DNA from: Camelus ferus
Lineage: Eukaryota
Direction: 5' to 3'
Assembly (NCBI RefSeq): GCF_009834535.1
Contig: NC_045697.1
Location: 106,332,001 to 106,396,000 of the forward strand
DNA length: 64,000 bases
Part shown: in pieces, positions 1 to 13,349 of the stretch
Layout of the letters: each line of letters starts with the position of its first letter
How positions within the stretch are numbered: the first letter of the stretch is position 1
Program-made: the position numbers and the translations under genes
The notes under the pieces: model-generated
What the model was told of the DNA's origin: nothing
The model's input: only the letters and a program-made list of their open reading frames with translations
Databases searched by the model: none

Positions 1-147
1 GGTTCATTTCTTAATTTATCTTAGAGGTTTTACTAACTACTATGTCCATGTATGAATTTTGCCCCTAGTTAAAGTGCTGTACTTGCCTTAAGCTAGAAAA
101 GTGTTGAAGTCCATCTCCCCTCATTTGCCTATGCCATGGTGCCCACC

Positions 148-502
148 TGTTGATTTTAATGTGTTGACTTGTCTAGGACACACTGCCCATATATTTAGTC
201 AAACATACCTGGATGTTACTGAAAAAGGTATTTTTAGAAGATATTAACATTTAAATCTACTTTGAGTAAAGCAGACTGCCCTCTATCTATAATGTGGGTA
301 AGCCTTATCCAATCAGTTGAAGTTCTTAAGAAAAAGACTAATCTCCCCTGAAGAAGAGAGAATTCTGCCAGCAAACTGTCTTCAGACTTGAAATGTAACA
401 CCAACTCTTCCCTGGGTCTCCAACCTGCCAGCCTACACTACAGATTTTGGACTTGCTAGCCTCTACAATTGCATAAACTAATTCCTTAAAATAAATCTCT
501 TC
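148..502 (+). mobile_element. ERVL LTR, MLT2-like
   Basis: gtaaagcagactgccctc...atccaatcagttgaag...ccaactcttccctgggtctccaacctgcc...attccttaaaataaatctct. Confidence 0.75.
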
Positions 503-584
503 ATGTATGAGGCATAGGAGTGGGAGAGAGACTCATTTTTTAAAAATTACATACAGAGAAAGAGAGAGAAATATATCTATCTCT

Positions 585-1025
585 CAGCTTTATTTATAAC
601 AATTAAAAACTGGAAACAATTCAGATTAGCAGGAGAACAGATAGATACCCTGTGGTACTGTCAAACAATTGACTACTACTCAGCAGTAAAAAGAATACAC
701 TACTGATATACGCAACAACATGGATAAATCTCAAAAACATTTTGCTAAATGAAACAAGTAAGACAAGAACACATACATAATATATGATTTCACTTATATG
801 AAATTCCTAAATTGCCAAAACTAAACTATGATGATAGAAATCAGATCAGTGTTTACTTCTAGAGGTGGAGAGCAGGGAAGGGGTAGATTGACTGGGAAGT
901 GGTAGACAGGAAATTCCTGAACTGATAGTAATGCTGTGTCTTGATATCTGTTTCTCAAAACTGGATGAATGGTACATTTGAGATATGAGCATTTCACTAC
1001 TGTAAATTATATTTCAATAAAAAAT
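585..1025 (+). mobile_element. Old L1 (L1M-type) 3' end
   Basis: aaactggaaacaa...acatggataaatctcaaaaaca...tgtaaattatatttcaataaaa. Confidence 0.7.
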
Positions 1026-1136
1026 AATTTAAATATTTTATGTATCTTCTATTATTATCTCCACACAAGTGACATATTATTGTTATGGTGTCAAATCAAA
1101 TTTGAATTATAGTCCTAAAAGGTTAAAAATCTCCTC

Positions 1137-1547
1137 ATACTAAGTGAAGTAAGCCAGAAAGAGAAAGAAAAATACCATCTATTATTCATTGTGTAACCTA
1201 AAAAAAAAAGAAAGAAAAAGGACACTAATGAATTCATCTACAAAACAGAAATAGACTTGCAGACATAGTAAACAATCTTATGGTTACCAGGGGAAAGAGG
1301 GTGGGAAGGGATAAATTTGGGAGTTTGAGATTTGCAAATGTTGGCCACTATATATAAAAATAGATGTAAAAAAAAAAAACCCAAGTTTCTTCTGTATAGC
1401 ACAGGGAACTATATTCAGTATCTTGTAATAACCTTTAATGAAAAAGAATATAAAAATGAATATATGTATGTATATGTATGACTGGGACATTGTGCTGTAC
1501 ACCAGAAATTGATACATTGTAACTGACTATACTTCAATTAAAAAAAA
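1137..1547 (+). mobile_element. 5'-truncated lineage-specific L1 3' end with poly(A) and TSD
   Basis: 3'UTR shared with other copies in the window; TSD aaaaatctcctc at 1125-1136 and 1548-1559. Confidence 0.9.
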
Positions 1548-2079
1548 AAAAATCTCCTCGCAAATATCTTAAAGGTACTCTCTATTTGAAGTTGAGAACA
1601 AATAATTCACAAAACAATTGAGAGCATTTCAAAATCTAAATTGCCAAGTAGTTTTCCTGGGACCAAGCTCCTGTTCTCTCATGGAAAATGAACTAAATTT
1701 AAAAATAATTTTCCAAATGTTGCATTCAGGTGGTTTTCTGTTGAGGACGATCAGAATTCTTGTAGATATTTCAAATTTATTAGTATGAGACTTTTTTAAC
1801 TTTAGAACTTATGCAGTATTTACTGATTTGAGCATTAATTCTCCATTCTAAAATTAGTAATCAAAGTTTAATACTTCACAATTTACAGTTAACTTTTACA
1901 TAAACAGTCTCATCTGATTCTCATATCCAACATGAAAAATAGAGGGATTCCCTCCCTCATTATAAATAAGACAAAATTATGGTTTTCTCTTCTTATACTC
2001 TTCTTCTTTATCATGCTTGAAATTCCTGTTTAACTATTTTCCTCTTTGATTCCTTAAATTCTAACCACATTTTCCACCT

Positions 2080-2311
2080 CTATACATCTCCATTTAAGTT
2101 TTTTCTTTGGTTAAGATCCTCACTGTTCCTGAATAAATTATCCTTTTTATCAAACTTTGTTTTTTCATTTTGAGGCCAATCTTGAGATACAAAAGCAATT
2201 TTAATGGAGCCAAGAATACAGTAAAAGTTTTTTAACAACCAGATTAACATCTTTGATGGACCCTTCAGAAAATATTTGTTCTCATTTTCACTGATGCTTA
2301 AAATCCCAACT
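2080..2311 (-). pseudogene. Candidate large or terminal exon, open for 75 codons
   Basis: ttttgttttgtcag|AGTTGG; reads VGILSISENENKYFLKGPSK...RKNLNGDV*. Coding-like purine-rich sequence with stops continues to about 1600. Confidence 0.5.
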
Positions 2312-3381
2312 CTGACAAAACAAAATAATACCAAAATAAGAATTATAACTAAAAAGAATAACATAAAAAACTAATTTTATTTAGCCATTTTACTTATTCT
2401 CCTCTGCATCAATTTATTAACTCTAACAAAATTATTTTGAGACTCATGTTACTATAATCACACACAAAATTCCATCTATTTTTAATTATGCATTATTTCA
2501 GAAACACTAACAATTATAAAATTATAAACGCCATTTTAAAAATTCATGTTCTACAGATTAATTGTGGAAAAACAATTTCACTCACATACAATTAGATGAA
2601 AATGATTGGGAGCAATTAAGATCATGAAAAGCTTAAGAATCCTTTTAAAAGTCTGTTTTCTTTTTTTGTAAAGTGGTAAATAAATGGTATCTTTTTTAAA
2701 CACAACAACAGAAAATGCATCAGTCAATTAAATATTTTTTCACTACATTTCCAAAACAATTTTGTCCCACAGAGGAATTTAAGCCAAAAATTAGAAACCC
2801 AGAAAAAGAAAACTTTCTAACATTCAATTGTCCTTATTTCCATGCGTTAGCCTTCTATTCCAAGTCAGATAAGCTTGCAAAATATACTATGACATACATG
2901 TAATTTACTATGGTCATGAATTATTAATTTCAATTTTTAAAACTTATGCCAGAGAAACTACTTTAGGCATAAAACGGGGGATATAAATCTAGTTGGAAAA
3001 TTGCCTTTTAAAAAAGGCAAGTTAAAAGAATAAAATCTAGCTTTTTGTATTCTAAAATTAGTTCCAAAGTCACTGTAAGTAAATGAATCAACATCACGAT
3101 TTTGGTTGTCTGTGGACAAAGTTAAATGTTCAGTGTGTATATTCAACAAGAAATATCCCAAACAGATAATGAAGGGGGTGGGGGAAACAACTTTCAGAAA
3201 ATGCTCTGACAGAGATTTGCTTTATGGAACTGATGATACAAGTAATTATTATGACATTTAATAAGTAGCACTTTGAAGAACTGCTAAGCCCCAGTAAACC
3301 TTCAGGTCAAACCACCTTGGCTTTTATTTGTTTTTAAGCATAGTGTATTTTAAGCATATTTTGCCAGCATAGTTTCACTAC

Positions 3382-3472
3382 CTCATGTTTAAAAGATTCA
3401 TATGCATGAAATGCTTGAAAGAAACATCCCTTATATACACTGTATTTCCCAGTGGACATATCTTAGCACAAA
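3382..3472 (-). pseudogene. Candidate exon, 91 nt, with stop and frameshift
   Basis: ttttatcag|TTTGTG...ATGAG|gtagtg. Phase 0 reads FVLRYVHWEIQCI*GMFLSS; the end reads NLLNMR in another frame that matches the next exon. Confidence 0.5.
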
Positions 3473-3596
3473 CTGATAAAAATAAAGGGCCATAAAATAG
3501 GAAAGCCATTTTCATAACCATTGGTGTGTAATCGAATAGATTCTTTGAATACTTGCTATAAATTAGTTTCAAGTTAAAAACACTGAAATATTTTAC

Positions 3597-3689
3597 CTTT
3601 TGCAAAGCAGTCAGGAATGACAAAAAGCATTCTTTTACCCCTTTAGCAAAGAAGGGATACTCTGTGACCTCAACAGTTACTGCCTTCAT
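3597..3689 (-). pseudogene. Candidate exon, 93 nt, phase 0-0, open
   Basis: tttagatag|ATGAAG...CAAAAG|gtaaaa; reads MKAVTVEVTEYPFFAKGVKECFLSFLTALQK. Confidence 0.5.
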
Positions 3690-5069
3690 CTATCTAAACT
3701 ATAAACCCATCTCAAGGACTGCACAAGAAAATTTGGGGCTCCTTCAAAGCGCAATCATCCAAATACAACAGAGATTCTCATTGGTTTAAAGTACATTTTA
3801 GAACACTAGAATATTGTTCCAGGATATTAAATTTGAAGAATGACTGACTTTGGCTTCCCTGTGAGTTAGGACACAATAATGAATAGCTCTCCTCAGACTT
3901 AGAGATTCAAAACTATATTGAGGGACCCAAACATGTCTTCTGGTCCATAAAATTTTTATCACCCTTTGCCATATGTATTAGAGAAAACATAGCAAGTATT
4001 TTTTAATTAGGAATAATAAATATGCTAGTTATATAGCAGAATTCATACATAATACAGTACCTGCTCGAGAGGGGTGTATGTCCTAAGACAGATATATTCA
4101 ATATGAATCGGTAGCCTATAGAATAATGCTTACCTTTTTTTCAAACTTTTTTTTTCTTTTTTAAAACTTTTTTTCCAAATCAAAAGTGTTATTTAGCACA
4201 GCTACACTCTATCAGGCCAGCAATACTCACTACTCGTAGGATGATAACATAGCATGATTTTCATCAGAGCCAAACTAATTGTTACACTTAATATTTCAGT
4301 TCAATACATTGCTTTGTAGCCTTCAACCTCAGCAGGTATTTCTTTCATAGTTACTAGATGCAGCTAAACAATGGATGCTTACTGTGTGCCAGGCATGTGC
4401 TAAGAACAAGATGAACAAGACAGCCTCAGGCTTTGAGAAATACATAGTCTAGTAGGGAAAAGTAAGCAAAGACAAGTCACCATCACTTTGTGGTAAGTAT
4501 TTACTAGATTTATCTATAAAGGCTCAGTCAGAGGCAAAGCAACTCTACCAGAGGAAGTCCAGGGTCATTTTCACAGGTGACAGGACACTCAAGGATGCAA
4601 GAGTGGGTCTAGCATGGGCTGGAAGAGTTTCTGTCCCTCAGAGGAGTGAGGGCTCTGAGTCCCACATTTTCAGGACACTCAAATCGTCTTTGGAGATCCC
4701 TGAGACTAAACTCCAGAGCACTGTTTTGCCAGACAGTAAAGTGTAGGTGAGAAAACCCAGTCAAAATCCAGAAGTTGCCCATGATACCCACAGAGGCTGG
4801 TCAGGCAGAGCAAGACTGGGCAGTCAGGAACCTCTCAAGAAACCTAACAAATTGTTTAACACTGTGGCATTTTCCTAGCTGCTGTAACTAGGAAATCCAA
4901 ATAAACCTCTCCATTGGATCAGCCCATCAATTATTGCTTTAAACAGCAGTTTAAAGATTCTACCTTCTTACTGCTATTTCACAGCATAATTTTACAATAA
5001 GTGATGAGGTGTTCAGAACTTATCCTCTGTACCTAATGGCCTCTGCAGTGGTAAAGTGGTCCAGGTGTA

Positions 5070-5180
5070 CAGTGAGCAACCATCCCAGTTTGCCCAAGAC
5101 GGCTTCTACTTTAGCACTGAAAATCTCAAATCCTGGCAACATCCACAGTCCAGGGCAAACTGAGCCAGTTGGTTACCCTA
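5070..5180. mobile_element. hAT DNA transposon relic, MER81-like
   Basis: Imperfect inverted ends: gtgagcaaccatcccagtttgcc ... ggcaaactgagccagttggttacccta. Confidence 0.6.
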
Positions 5181-5249
5181 AGATGTCCCTCTCCTGAGCT
5201 TCTAACAGAATAGGTGCTCAGCCTTGCTTTCCCTGGTGAATTTGTTCTT

Positions 5250-6100
5250 TTAAAAATCTATTATCATAAAATGTAACGTACATAAAGTACATAAAATGCT
5301 ATGTGCACAGATATTAACAAATAGTGGGTTACTTAGTACCAGAAACAATATATTTGCCACCTCTCGAGAGGACTTCCTTCCCAAAGTACTTTCCCTCTCC
5401 CAAGAGCTAGCTACTTCCCTGACTTCCCTTTATAAACATTTGTCTTTTTTAAAATAAATTTACCAATAAAACTATTAACCTTAGTTTTACCTTCTTATTT
5501 GAACTTGATCTACCAAAATATGCCTGTGTTTTGCTTTCAGTACTTAACATCATGTTTATAAAATTCCACGTTGCTGCATGTAGATACAAGTTGTCCACTT
5601 TCTTGAAATACACTGTTTCCTTGGATGCATTTACCACTATTTGTTCCAATAATGAACAAATAATTGCTATGGATGATATCTGAATTGTTCCCAGTTTGGG
5701 GTTATTACACAGTACACTGCTATGAACATTCTTGAAGACGCCTCCTATGGACACGTGCTAGATGTTTTCTAGCGCAAGTCTGTGGATTAACAGAATCCTC
5801 AACATCTGGGAGCTTGACAGGAATGCAGATGCTCAGGTCCCAACTCAGACCTACTAAATCAGAATATTCATTTTTAACAAGATTCCTCTGCACATTAGAG
5901 TCTGTGCAAATACTATGCAGTCCAGGGTGAGAAGCACTGCTCTAGATTGAGAGCTAAGGAGTGGAATCACTACAATTAAGCTTTACTTGACACCAGTGAG
6001 AGTCCCCAGCCTTCCACATCCTCACCAACACTTCGTACTGTCGGTCTTTTAGATCTGTAACTATCTGGTGGGTGTGGTCTGGACTCTCCTAGATTTCCTT
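5250..6100 (-). mobile_element. Old L1 3' fragment interrupted by a MER5-like hAT element (about 5775-5945)
   Basis: L1 motifs gttgtttccagtttggg/gctatgaacattctt and ccacatcctcaccaacact; MER5-like aatgcagatgctcagg...aatcagaat...ttaacaagattcc. Confidence 0.65.
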
Positions 6101-6227
6101 TGTATAGATGTTATCTTGCAGCCAAGGAAATGTGGCCACAACTCCTCTGGGAATTTCTTTTTTCACAGTTTCATAAAGTCCTGCACTGGCTGCAGAAGGA
6201 ATGGGATACATTCTAGATAGCTCTTAC

Positions 6228-6556
6228 CTTGGGTTAACATGGGGAGGCTCTTTTATAAAAATCTCCAATATTGCCAAGCCTTAAGCCTTGACTCTGTCCT
6301 CCTTCCCCACATGCTTGCTTTTCCCAGGTGTGCAGTATAACAATGCCTTCATGACATAAACAGGTTAACCACTCCAATAATCTGCTTCTCACTCTGGCTA
6401 TAGGTAGTTGATCAAAAATTGACATGTGGAGGACCCCACTGTCTTTTTAGTTCTTCAGTGATTTTTAAGATTTTTTTTTGAAAAACATTACTTATTTTTA
6501 ATTTTTTTATTATTTCAAAAGTGATGATTCACCCAAATAACACTTCTCTCCATTAA
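6228..6556 (-). pseudogene. Candidate exon carrying a 7-bp frameshifting duplication
   Basis: Strong donor CCAAG|gtaaga at 6228. Removing one aagcctt copy (6276-6289) gives ...GQSQGLAILEIFIKEPPHVNP. Acceptor uncertain. Confidence 0.5.
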
Positions 6557-6971
6557 CTAAATAAATACCTCATTAGAATTATCAAATTATTTAAGCCAGA
6601 GTTGGATAGATTTTGTTACTCACAAACTAAAACAAGAGACTATTCCAATGTTTACATTTCCTTGGCTAAAAGATAACACTTTTTATAGTCTTACATAAGT
6701 ATTTACCTGTCCATAAGTAAATAACTAAGCAATGCTGGACTATATTTCTATATCCTGAGATAATAATCACTGGCAGGTCTCCAAACACCTTTTTCCCAAT
6801 TCAAAAAAAGATACAAATTTAAACATAGTATTAAAATAAGGAAATCAGTATGTCTCAATGGTTCAATACAGCTGTTATAAAAAGCACAATGTGTTTCTAA
6901 AAAACTTTAGAGATGTTTCACAAAAATATTATTTACCTGTTAAAAAATGAATTGTGAGTTAGAATAATCAG

Positions 6972-7159
6972 CTAATCCAGTCTCTACCAAAAGATACTAC
7001 ACTATATGTTATGGGTTAAATTGTTTCCTCCTAAAAAGAGATGTTGAAGTCAACCTCCAGTACCTCTAATCCAGTCTCTACCAAAAGATACTACACTATA
7101 TGTTATGGGTTAAATTGTTTCCTCCTAAAAAGAGATGTTGAAGTCAACCTCCAGTACCT
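6972..7159. repeat. Perfect 2 x 94-bp tandem duplication
   Basis: 6972-7065 equals 7066-7159 (ctaatccagtctc...ccagtacct). Confidence 0.95.
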
Positions 7160-7537
7160 CAGAATATCATCTCTTTGGAAACACAGTCATTGCAGATATA
7201 ATTAGTTAAATGAAGATGATGTCATACTATAGTAGGGTGAGCCCTTAATCCAATGATGCATGTCCCTATAAGAGGAGAGACAGATAAACAAGAGGGCTAT
7301 GTAAAGTCAGAAGCACAGATTGGAGGTACACTGCCATAAGCCAAGTAATGCCTGGCACTATTAGAAGCTGGAACAGACAAGAAAGGATCCCCTGAAGGGG
7401 CTTCAGAGGGACCATGGCCCTGACAACGCTTGGGTTTTGGACTTCTAGCCTCCAGAACTGTAAGAGAATACATTTCTGTTGTTTTAAACCACTCAGTTTG
7501 TGGCAATTTGTTACAGTAGCTGTAACAAACTAATGCA
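7101..7537 (+). mobile_element. MaLR solo LTR, MLT1B/C-like
   Basis: TG...CA ends; tgttatgggttaaattgt...gacttctagcctccagaactgtaagagaatacatttctgttgtttt. Confidence 0.85.
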
Positions 7538-8721
7538 CCCTATTAAAATGTTATTTTTCACTTTACATCTTAGCAACTTTTGAAGAAACTACACGATTAT
7601 CATTTAACATAAAAGTACAGATAGGTAAGAATAAGCTTTGTGTTAAACATTGATGTATGAACTGTAAATCTTTCAAGGAAGCTTTCTTCTCAGTATTTGC
7701 TTCAGTTACTCAAAATATTATCATGCCTCCTCATTTGTAAGTTTTGGAGGGAAAATACAGTCTTTGCCCCTTCTTCTCTTGTAAATAGTCCAAAAATAAT
7801 GATAAAAATGAAAAGATCAGAAAAGCAAATTCCTTGGATGAAATGAGAAGACTGCCATAACTCTGAAGCATAGTATATGAGAAAGAGCTTACAAATATAA
7901 ATGAAAGTTAAATGCGAGTTAAAAAAAGAGAAGGTAGAGATGCCTACAGTTGTCAATCTGGGACAATGCGGAGAACAACTCTCTAAAATAAGTAGCTACA
8001 ACCTGAGGAGCAAATCCTTTTGGAAAAATGGAACTTATCCTGACAGCAGAAGCACCGTGGACCAGATTTTCACAAGGTCTCAAGAAGTCCTTGACAAGCA
8101 GGGCTGAATGAGGAATCACACAGACGAGGCATATTTTCAGAACTCAACCACCTTTTGTGAGGCATAAGGAGAGAGAGTCAGCAATGTGAGTTATGCTTCA
8201 GAGGGAAGACACACGGCTGGAGGGAAGACAAGTCTAAAGGAACTCATGCACAAACAAGGACCTGTGTCATTAAAGGTGTCTCCCCTTAACCCAAAACACT
8301 ATTCTGGCCACTGAGATACACCAACCTCCAAACCTCCTACAAGTGGCTGGTCGAGGAAGAGCTCACCACAAAGTGAGTAATGAAAAAAGAAAAAAAAAAA
8401 AACTAGCATAAAAGGTATACAAAAATACTGTAGAAACAAATAAAATGGAAAAGGTGCTTTAAAAAATACAACAGATGAATGCCATGAGAAGAAGTATTTC
8501 CAGAATAAGAAACTATGAAAAATATTGCCACAAACAGTGTAAACATTTTGACAAAACATATTGCCTAAGGTTTTTGGAGGAAAAAACGGTAACTGTTTCT
8601 ATTAAAATACTGCCCCCCTAAAAAAAAAGGAATATAAAAGCTGAAGAAAGATACAATGAGATAATAGAAATAACCACTTGAGCTGGTGCAAAAAAGTAAA
8701 ATCATTTGCAGAAATGAAGAC

Positions 8722-8809
8722 ATATGTCCTCCAGGGCATTACACTAAGTGAAATAAGTCAGACAGAGAAAGAGAAATACCATATGATCTCTCATCTATGG
8801 AACATATGA

Positions 8810-8847
<38 letters not shown>

Positions 8848-8964
8848 CATAGATACAGAGAACAGACTGGTGGTTACCAGAGGCAGGTGGTGGGGAATGG
8901 GAGAAATGGGTGAACCGTTTTTGTTTTTCGCTTGTTTAAGTAAATTGAATTTTTTTTTAAAAAA
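8722..8964 (+). mobile_element. Short L1 3' fragment with internal (CA)n and 12-bp TSD
   Basis: ctaagtgaaataagtcagacagagaaagagaaatacc; TSD agaaatgaagac at 8710-8721 and 8965-8976; (CA)n about 8812-8843. Confidence 0.8.
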
Positions 8965-9819
8965 AGAAATGAAGACTGACTATGGGACATTGAAAATAGG
9001 ACTGACAGAAGTGGACAACATGAAAAATAATAAAGAAAGAGTTTAAAAGGAATACAAGAAAAAAGACAGACATAGGAAACAGGCAAAAGAAGAATAAAAA
9101 CAAAATAACTGAATAAAAATTTATTAAAATAGTTTCAGGAGCAATTACCAAAATAAAACAAACTTAGGATCTTCAAATTGAATGACATACTTTATATCAA
9201 GAAAAAAACTATCTGTTTGATGCTCATCAAAACATATCTCAGAAATATTATTAGAATTCAGAAATAAAGAATCTTTTGAATAGTCAGGCAAAAAGAACAA
9301 TATGCCTATAAGAAGCAAAGCCCCAAACTAGAACATAGTAGGGAAATGTCTACAACATACTCAGTAAAAATCAGTGACATAATAAGGCTTTTATCCTAGC
9401 CTAGATGACACAACCAATAAATAACAAAACTAACTGAAATTTTGAGAGGGAAAAGAAGTTGGTAAATGATGTAAGTAGCTGATTTCAACATCATTTATAG
9501 TCAAGGGGAAAAAATTATCATTTGGAATTAGTAATAATTGCATGATCAAAACTAGGTGTATTTAAAGTATGAAGGTGTACAGTAAGAGAAAAAACGTATC
9601 TAACAAAATATGGTGGTAGATGAAGGAGAGGAGAGGGAAGAACAAATAGATACATATAAATTCCATTTCTGTTCATGGGAGTGGTCATAGTTATGTATAA
9701 AGAAAATATGTCTCCTGCTTATGAAATATTAACTGCTATAGCAATTGGACTCCTGTCACAAACAACTAGAAAACTGGATAAAAGATTTATTATAAACATA
9801 TGGTAATTAGGAGAGTGCA

Positions 9820-11210
9820 GTATTCTTCTATGAATGAATTGATGGAACAGAAAAAGAACTCACAAAAAACCCTACCTATGCATAAGTGGACACTTAGTAT
9901 ATGACAGAGGTGACCCTGAAGACTACTAGGTAAAAAGGGACTTTTCAGAAAATATTTCTAGGACACCTGAATGTCTCTATGACACAGGAGTGGCGGAGAA
10001 GGGGGAGGGAATAAAACTGGACCCTTCTCTAACACCTTGAACAAAAATCAATTCCTTTATGCTTAAAAACCTAAATACATAAATTAAAACTATAACTAGT
10101 TAGAAGATAATAATGGACATTAATTTAATGACCTTTAGGTAGCAAAGAATTTCATGTTTTAAAACCAAGATACAAAAAGAAACAGTCATAAAGGAAACTG
10201 ATACATTCAATTTCTATTTATCAAAAGACATCGTAAAATAGTATATAAAGACAAGTCATGGAGTTGGAGACATTTTTTCAACTTATACAGTCAGCAAAGG
10301 TGCAGTTTATGAAATTTTATAAAGAATTTTTACAACTTAGTAAGAAAAAGAAAACAACTCAAAAGAAAATTGGGAAAAAAGCAAGTGAATAAGATTTTTA
10401 AAAAGAAGAAATCCAAAATGGCCAAGAAGCATATTATAAGAATACTCAATCTCATCAAAAATTTGCAAAATGCAAATTAAAATAAATAACTTTTAAAATA
10501 CTGAATCCCAGTTCATTGGCAGAAATGCATGCATTTAATAATTCCAAGCACCGAAGAGGATGTGAAACAATGGGGATGCTAGTTCTCTGCAAGTGTAAAT
10601 GTGAATTAGAGCTAATCTTGTAATACAGTTTGGCATTATTGAGAAGTTGGAGGTATACATAACCCATAAACCAGAAAATTATCTCCTTGGTATAAACCCT
10701 AGAGAAATTCTTATTCATGAGCACTAAGGGATATACACAGTATGGTTCGTAATAGTTCTAAAGTGAAAACAATATAATGTGCATCAAGAATATACTAGGG
10801 AGGAGGCAGAGCGTATGCTTGCACATGCAATGTGCTGGGTTCAATCCCCAGTACTGCTTCCAAAAATAAATAAATAAACCTAATTACTTCCCCCCCCACA
10901 AAAAAAAGCTAAAAAAATAAGTAAATAAAGTCACCTAGATTATGTAAAGAAAACCAAATTAAAAAAAAAAGAATGCATAAAAACTTAGTGATATATTCCT
11001 AAAATGGTATATTGTACAGCTGTGGGGATTACAACCTACAGCAGTATGCAGCAGCATGGACAAATTTTACAAGCAATGTTGAGCAAAACAGGTAATGCAC
11101 AGGAAATACATGCAGCACAATTTAATTTACATAAAAATTTTAAATATGTACAAATAATTCACCATCACTCCTGATGGCAGAACTAGAGAGAGATAAGCAC
11201 AGTGTTAACC
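9820..11210 (+). mobile_element. Old L1 ORF2 3' part and 3'UTR, degraded
   Basis: Degenerate ORF2 C-terminal motifs (gaaatccaaaatggccaagaagcata...ctcaatctcatca...aatgcaaattaaa). Confidence 0.65.
10798..10970 (+). mobile_element. tRNA-derived SINE (Vic-1-like), 5'-degraded
   Basis: gcgtatgctt...ctgggttcaatccccagtac...taaataaacctaattac and A-rich tail. Confidence 0.8.
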
Positions 11211-11214
11211 CCAT

Positions 11215-11962
11215 GGGAACCCTCCTACACTGTTGGTGGAAATATAGTTTGGTGCAGCCATTATGCTTAACAATATGGAGATTCCTCAAAAAACTAAAAA
11301 TAGATAACATATGATCCAGCAATCCCACTTCTGGGCATATATCCAAAGGCAACCTTAATTCAAAGAGATACATGAACCCCAATGTTCACAGCAGCACTAT
11401 TTACAATAGCCAAGACATGAAAATAACCTAAACGTCCATCGACAGATGACTAGATAAAGAAGTTGTGGTATATTTATACAATGGAATACTACTCAGCCAT
11501 AAAAAAGAATAAAATAATGCCATCTGCAACAACATGGATGGACCTGAAGATTGTCATTCTAAGTGAAGTAGGCAAGAAAGAGAAAAAAAATACCATATGA
11601 TACCACTCATATGTGGAATATAAGAAGAAAAAAAAAAGACAAATGAACTTATTTATAAAACAGAAACAGACTCACAGACATAGAAAACAAACTTATAGTT
11701 ACTGGGAGGGAAGAGGCTGGGAAGGGATAAATTGGGTGTTAGAGATTTGCAGATACTAACTGCTATATATAAAATAGATAAACAAGTTTATACAGTATAG
11801 CACAGGGAACTACCTTCAATATCTTGTAGTAATCTATAGTGAAAAAAGAATATGAAAATGAATATAAGTATGTTCATATATGACTAAAGCATTGTGCTGT
11901 ACACCAGGAATTGACACAATATTATAAACTTACTATACTTCAACAACAACAACAACAAAAAA
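11215..11962 (+). mobile_element. Lineage-specific L1 3' end
   Basis: ORF2 end plus 3'UTR (gtgctgtacaccaggaattgacac) and (CAA)n/A tail. Confidence 0.9.
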
Positions 11963-12104
11963 CTAAAGCTAGTGGTTAACTATGATGGGTGAATAAGGTT
12001 GTCCTAAGTGGGAAGAGAAAAGGTGGGGTGGGGGTAACTACTGGGTATTGACAGTGTCCTATTATAGTACTTACACAGGTTAACTTTATAGTTCTTCATC
12101 ACAT

Positions 12105-12525
12105 CATACCAGGTTTTCAGTCTGTGTTTTACTTGCTGTTTAACGTCGTGCTCCCTTGAGCATGAGGACACTGGCTGGTCAAGTGCAGACCCATGTAGGT
12201 ATGTGGACTGTGTGCACCCACCCAATCTTCCTTGCTCCTGCATCGGGACCCACACCCAGGGCAGAGAGTGATTACAGTCACTGGGCTGTGGGTGGTCAAG
12301 ATCCCATCCTGACGGACAGAGAAAGGGACAGGAGGTGGAACCAATTGGAAAACCAAGGCTCCAAGCCTCCAGTGCATGTTCCATTATCTGATCAGACTCA
12401 TTTACAAACCACAAATTTAAAGATAAAATTATCAAGAATTCAAGATGGCAAACACAGAGCACTAAACCCCAAGCACTGATCCGCTTCTGAGGGTCGAGTC
12501 CTATGTACCCCATGAAGTCAACCCC
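12105..12525 (-). mobile_element. hAT-Tip100 relic, Zaphod/MER91-like
   Basis: Reverse complement contains cttcatggg...tcagaag...gtgcttggggtttagtgctctg...ccatcttgaattcttgataattttatcttt. Confidence 0.55.
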
Positions 12526-12760
12526 ACAACAAACACATTTTCTGCTTATTTCTGCATGTATGTTATATTGTGTATGCATATACGTGAGTGTAGGAAAAAA
12601 GAGATCATGCTTCTAACTCCTTCTGCAAGCGTCTAAGCCCTGAGTCAGGCTTGTGCTGAAGAGAAGTGAGAAGATCTGAACTGATTGTACTATTAACAGT
12701 TTTACATTGGCTATCAGTCTGAATGTATTTACCGAAATTGTAATATATCTAAATATAGAC

Positions 12761-12925
12761 CTGTGTGTTTAAAGATTGTTTTATAAATTAAGTATTTATA
12801 ATTAAGATCATAGGCAGTTAATTCCACAGCATGCTAAGCAATTTAATGTAATTGTCCTTGGCTACTCTTCTGATGCCAAAAACCTACTTTCTGATGCTAG
12901 TTCCTTCCTTTCCACTCACACGTAA
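12761..12925 (-). pseudogene. Candidate exon with stops, RGS C-terminal-helix-like
   Basis: gttttttcag|TTACGT; reads LRVSGKEGTSIRK*VFGIRRVAKDNYIKLLSMLWN*. Donor position uncertain. Confidence 0.4.
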
Positions 12926-13349
12926 CTGAAAAAACATACTATGTTTGATGGGGTAATTTAAAAGATCTAATAAAAGTGGATACAAATAGATAAGGTCATT
13001 TAATATATGACTGAATTCAGATTTCAGAAAGGAAATGGGATGGAAGGAAACCTGGCAGGCGCTCTGGTTGTGTTACCCTCACTTAATTCTTTCACAGTAA
13101 TTCTGAAAGGTAGGTACAAATATCTCAATCTTACAAAAGGACACTGAGGTTAAGAAAATTAAATATCCCAAACAAGGGCATCCATCTAGTAAGCGGTTAT
13201 ATACATAGTTCTATCTGACTACAAACTTCTCCTATTACCTTTCTTTGCTTCCTTTTTTTCTTCTTTTCTTTAAACATCTACTGTCCATTTACTGTGTGCC
13301 AAGCATTATCACAGAAACGAGTGGCCAAGTTCCAGTGCAGTCCCAAATC

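Noticed and set aside
12004..12579. 191-aa minus ORF and overlapping ORFs
   Set aside because: They lie over a hAT relic and L1 remnants; no splice or family signal.
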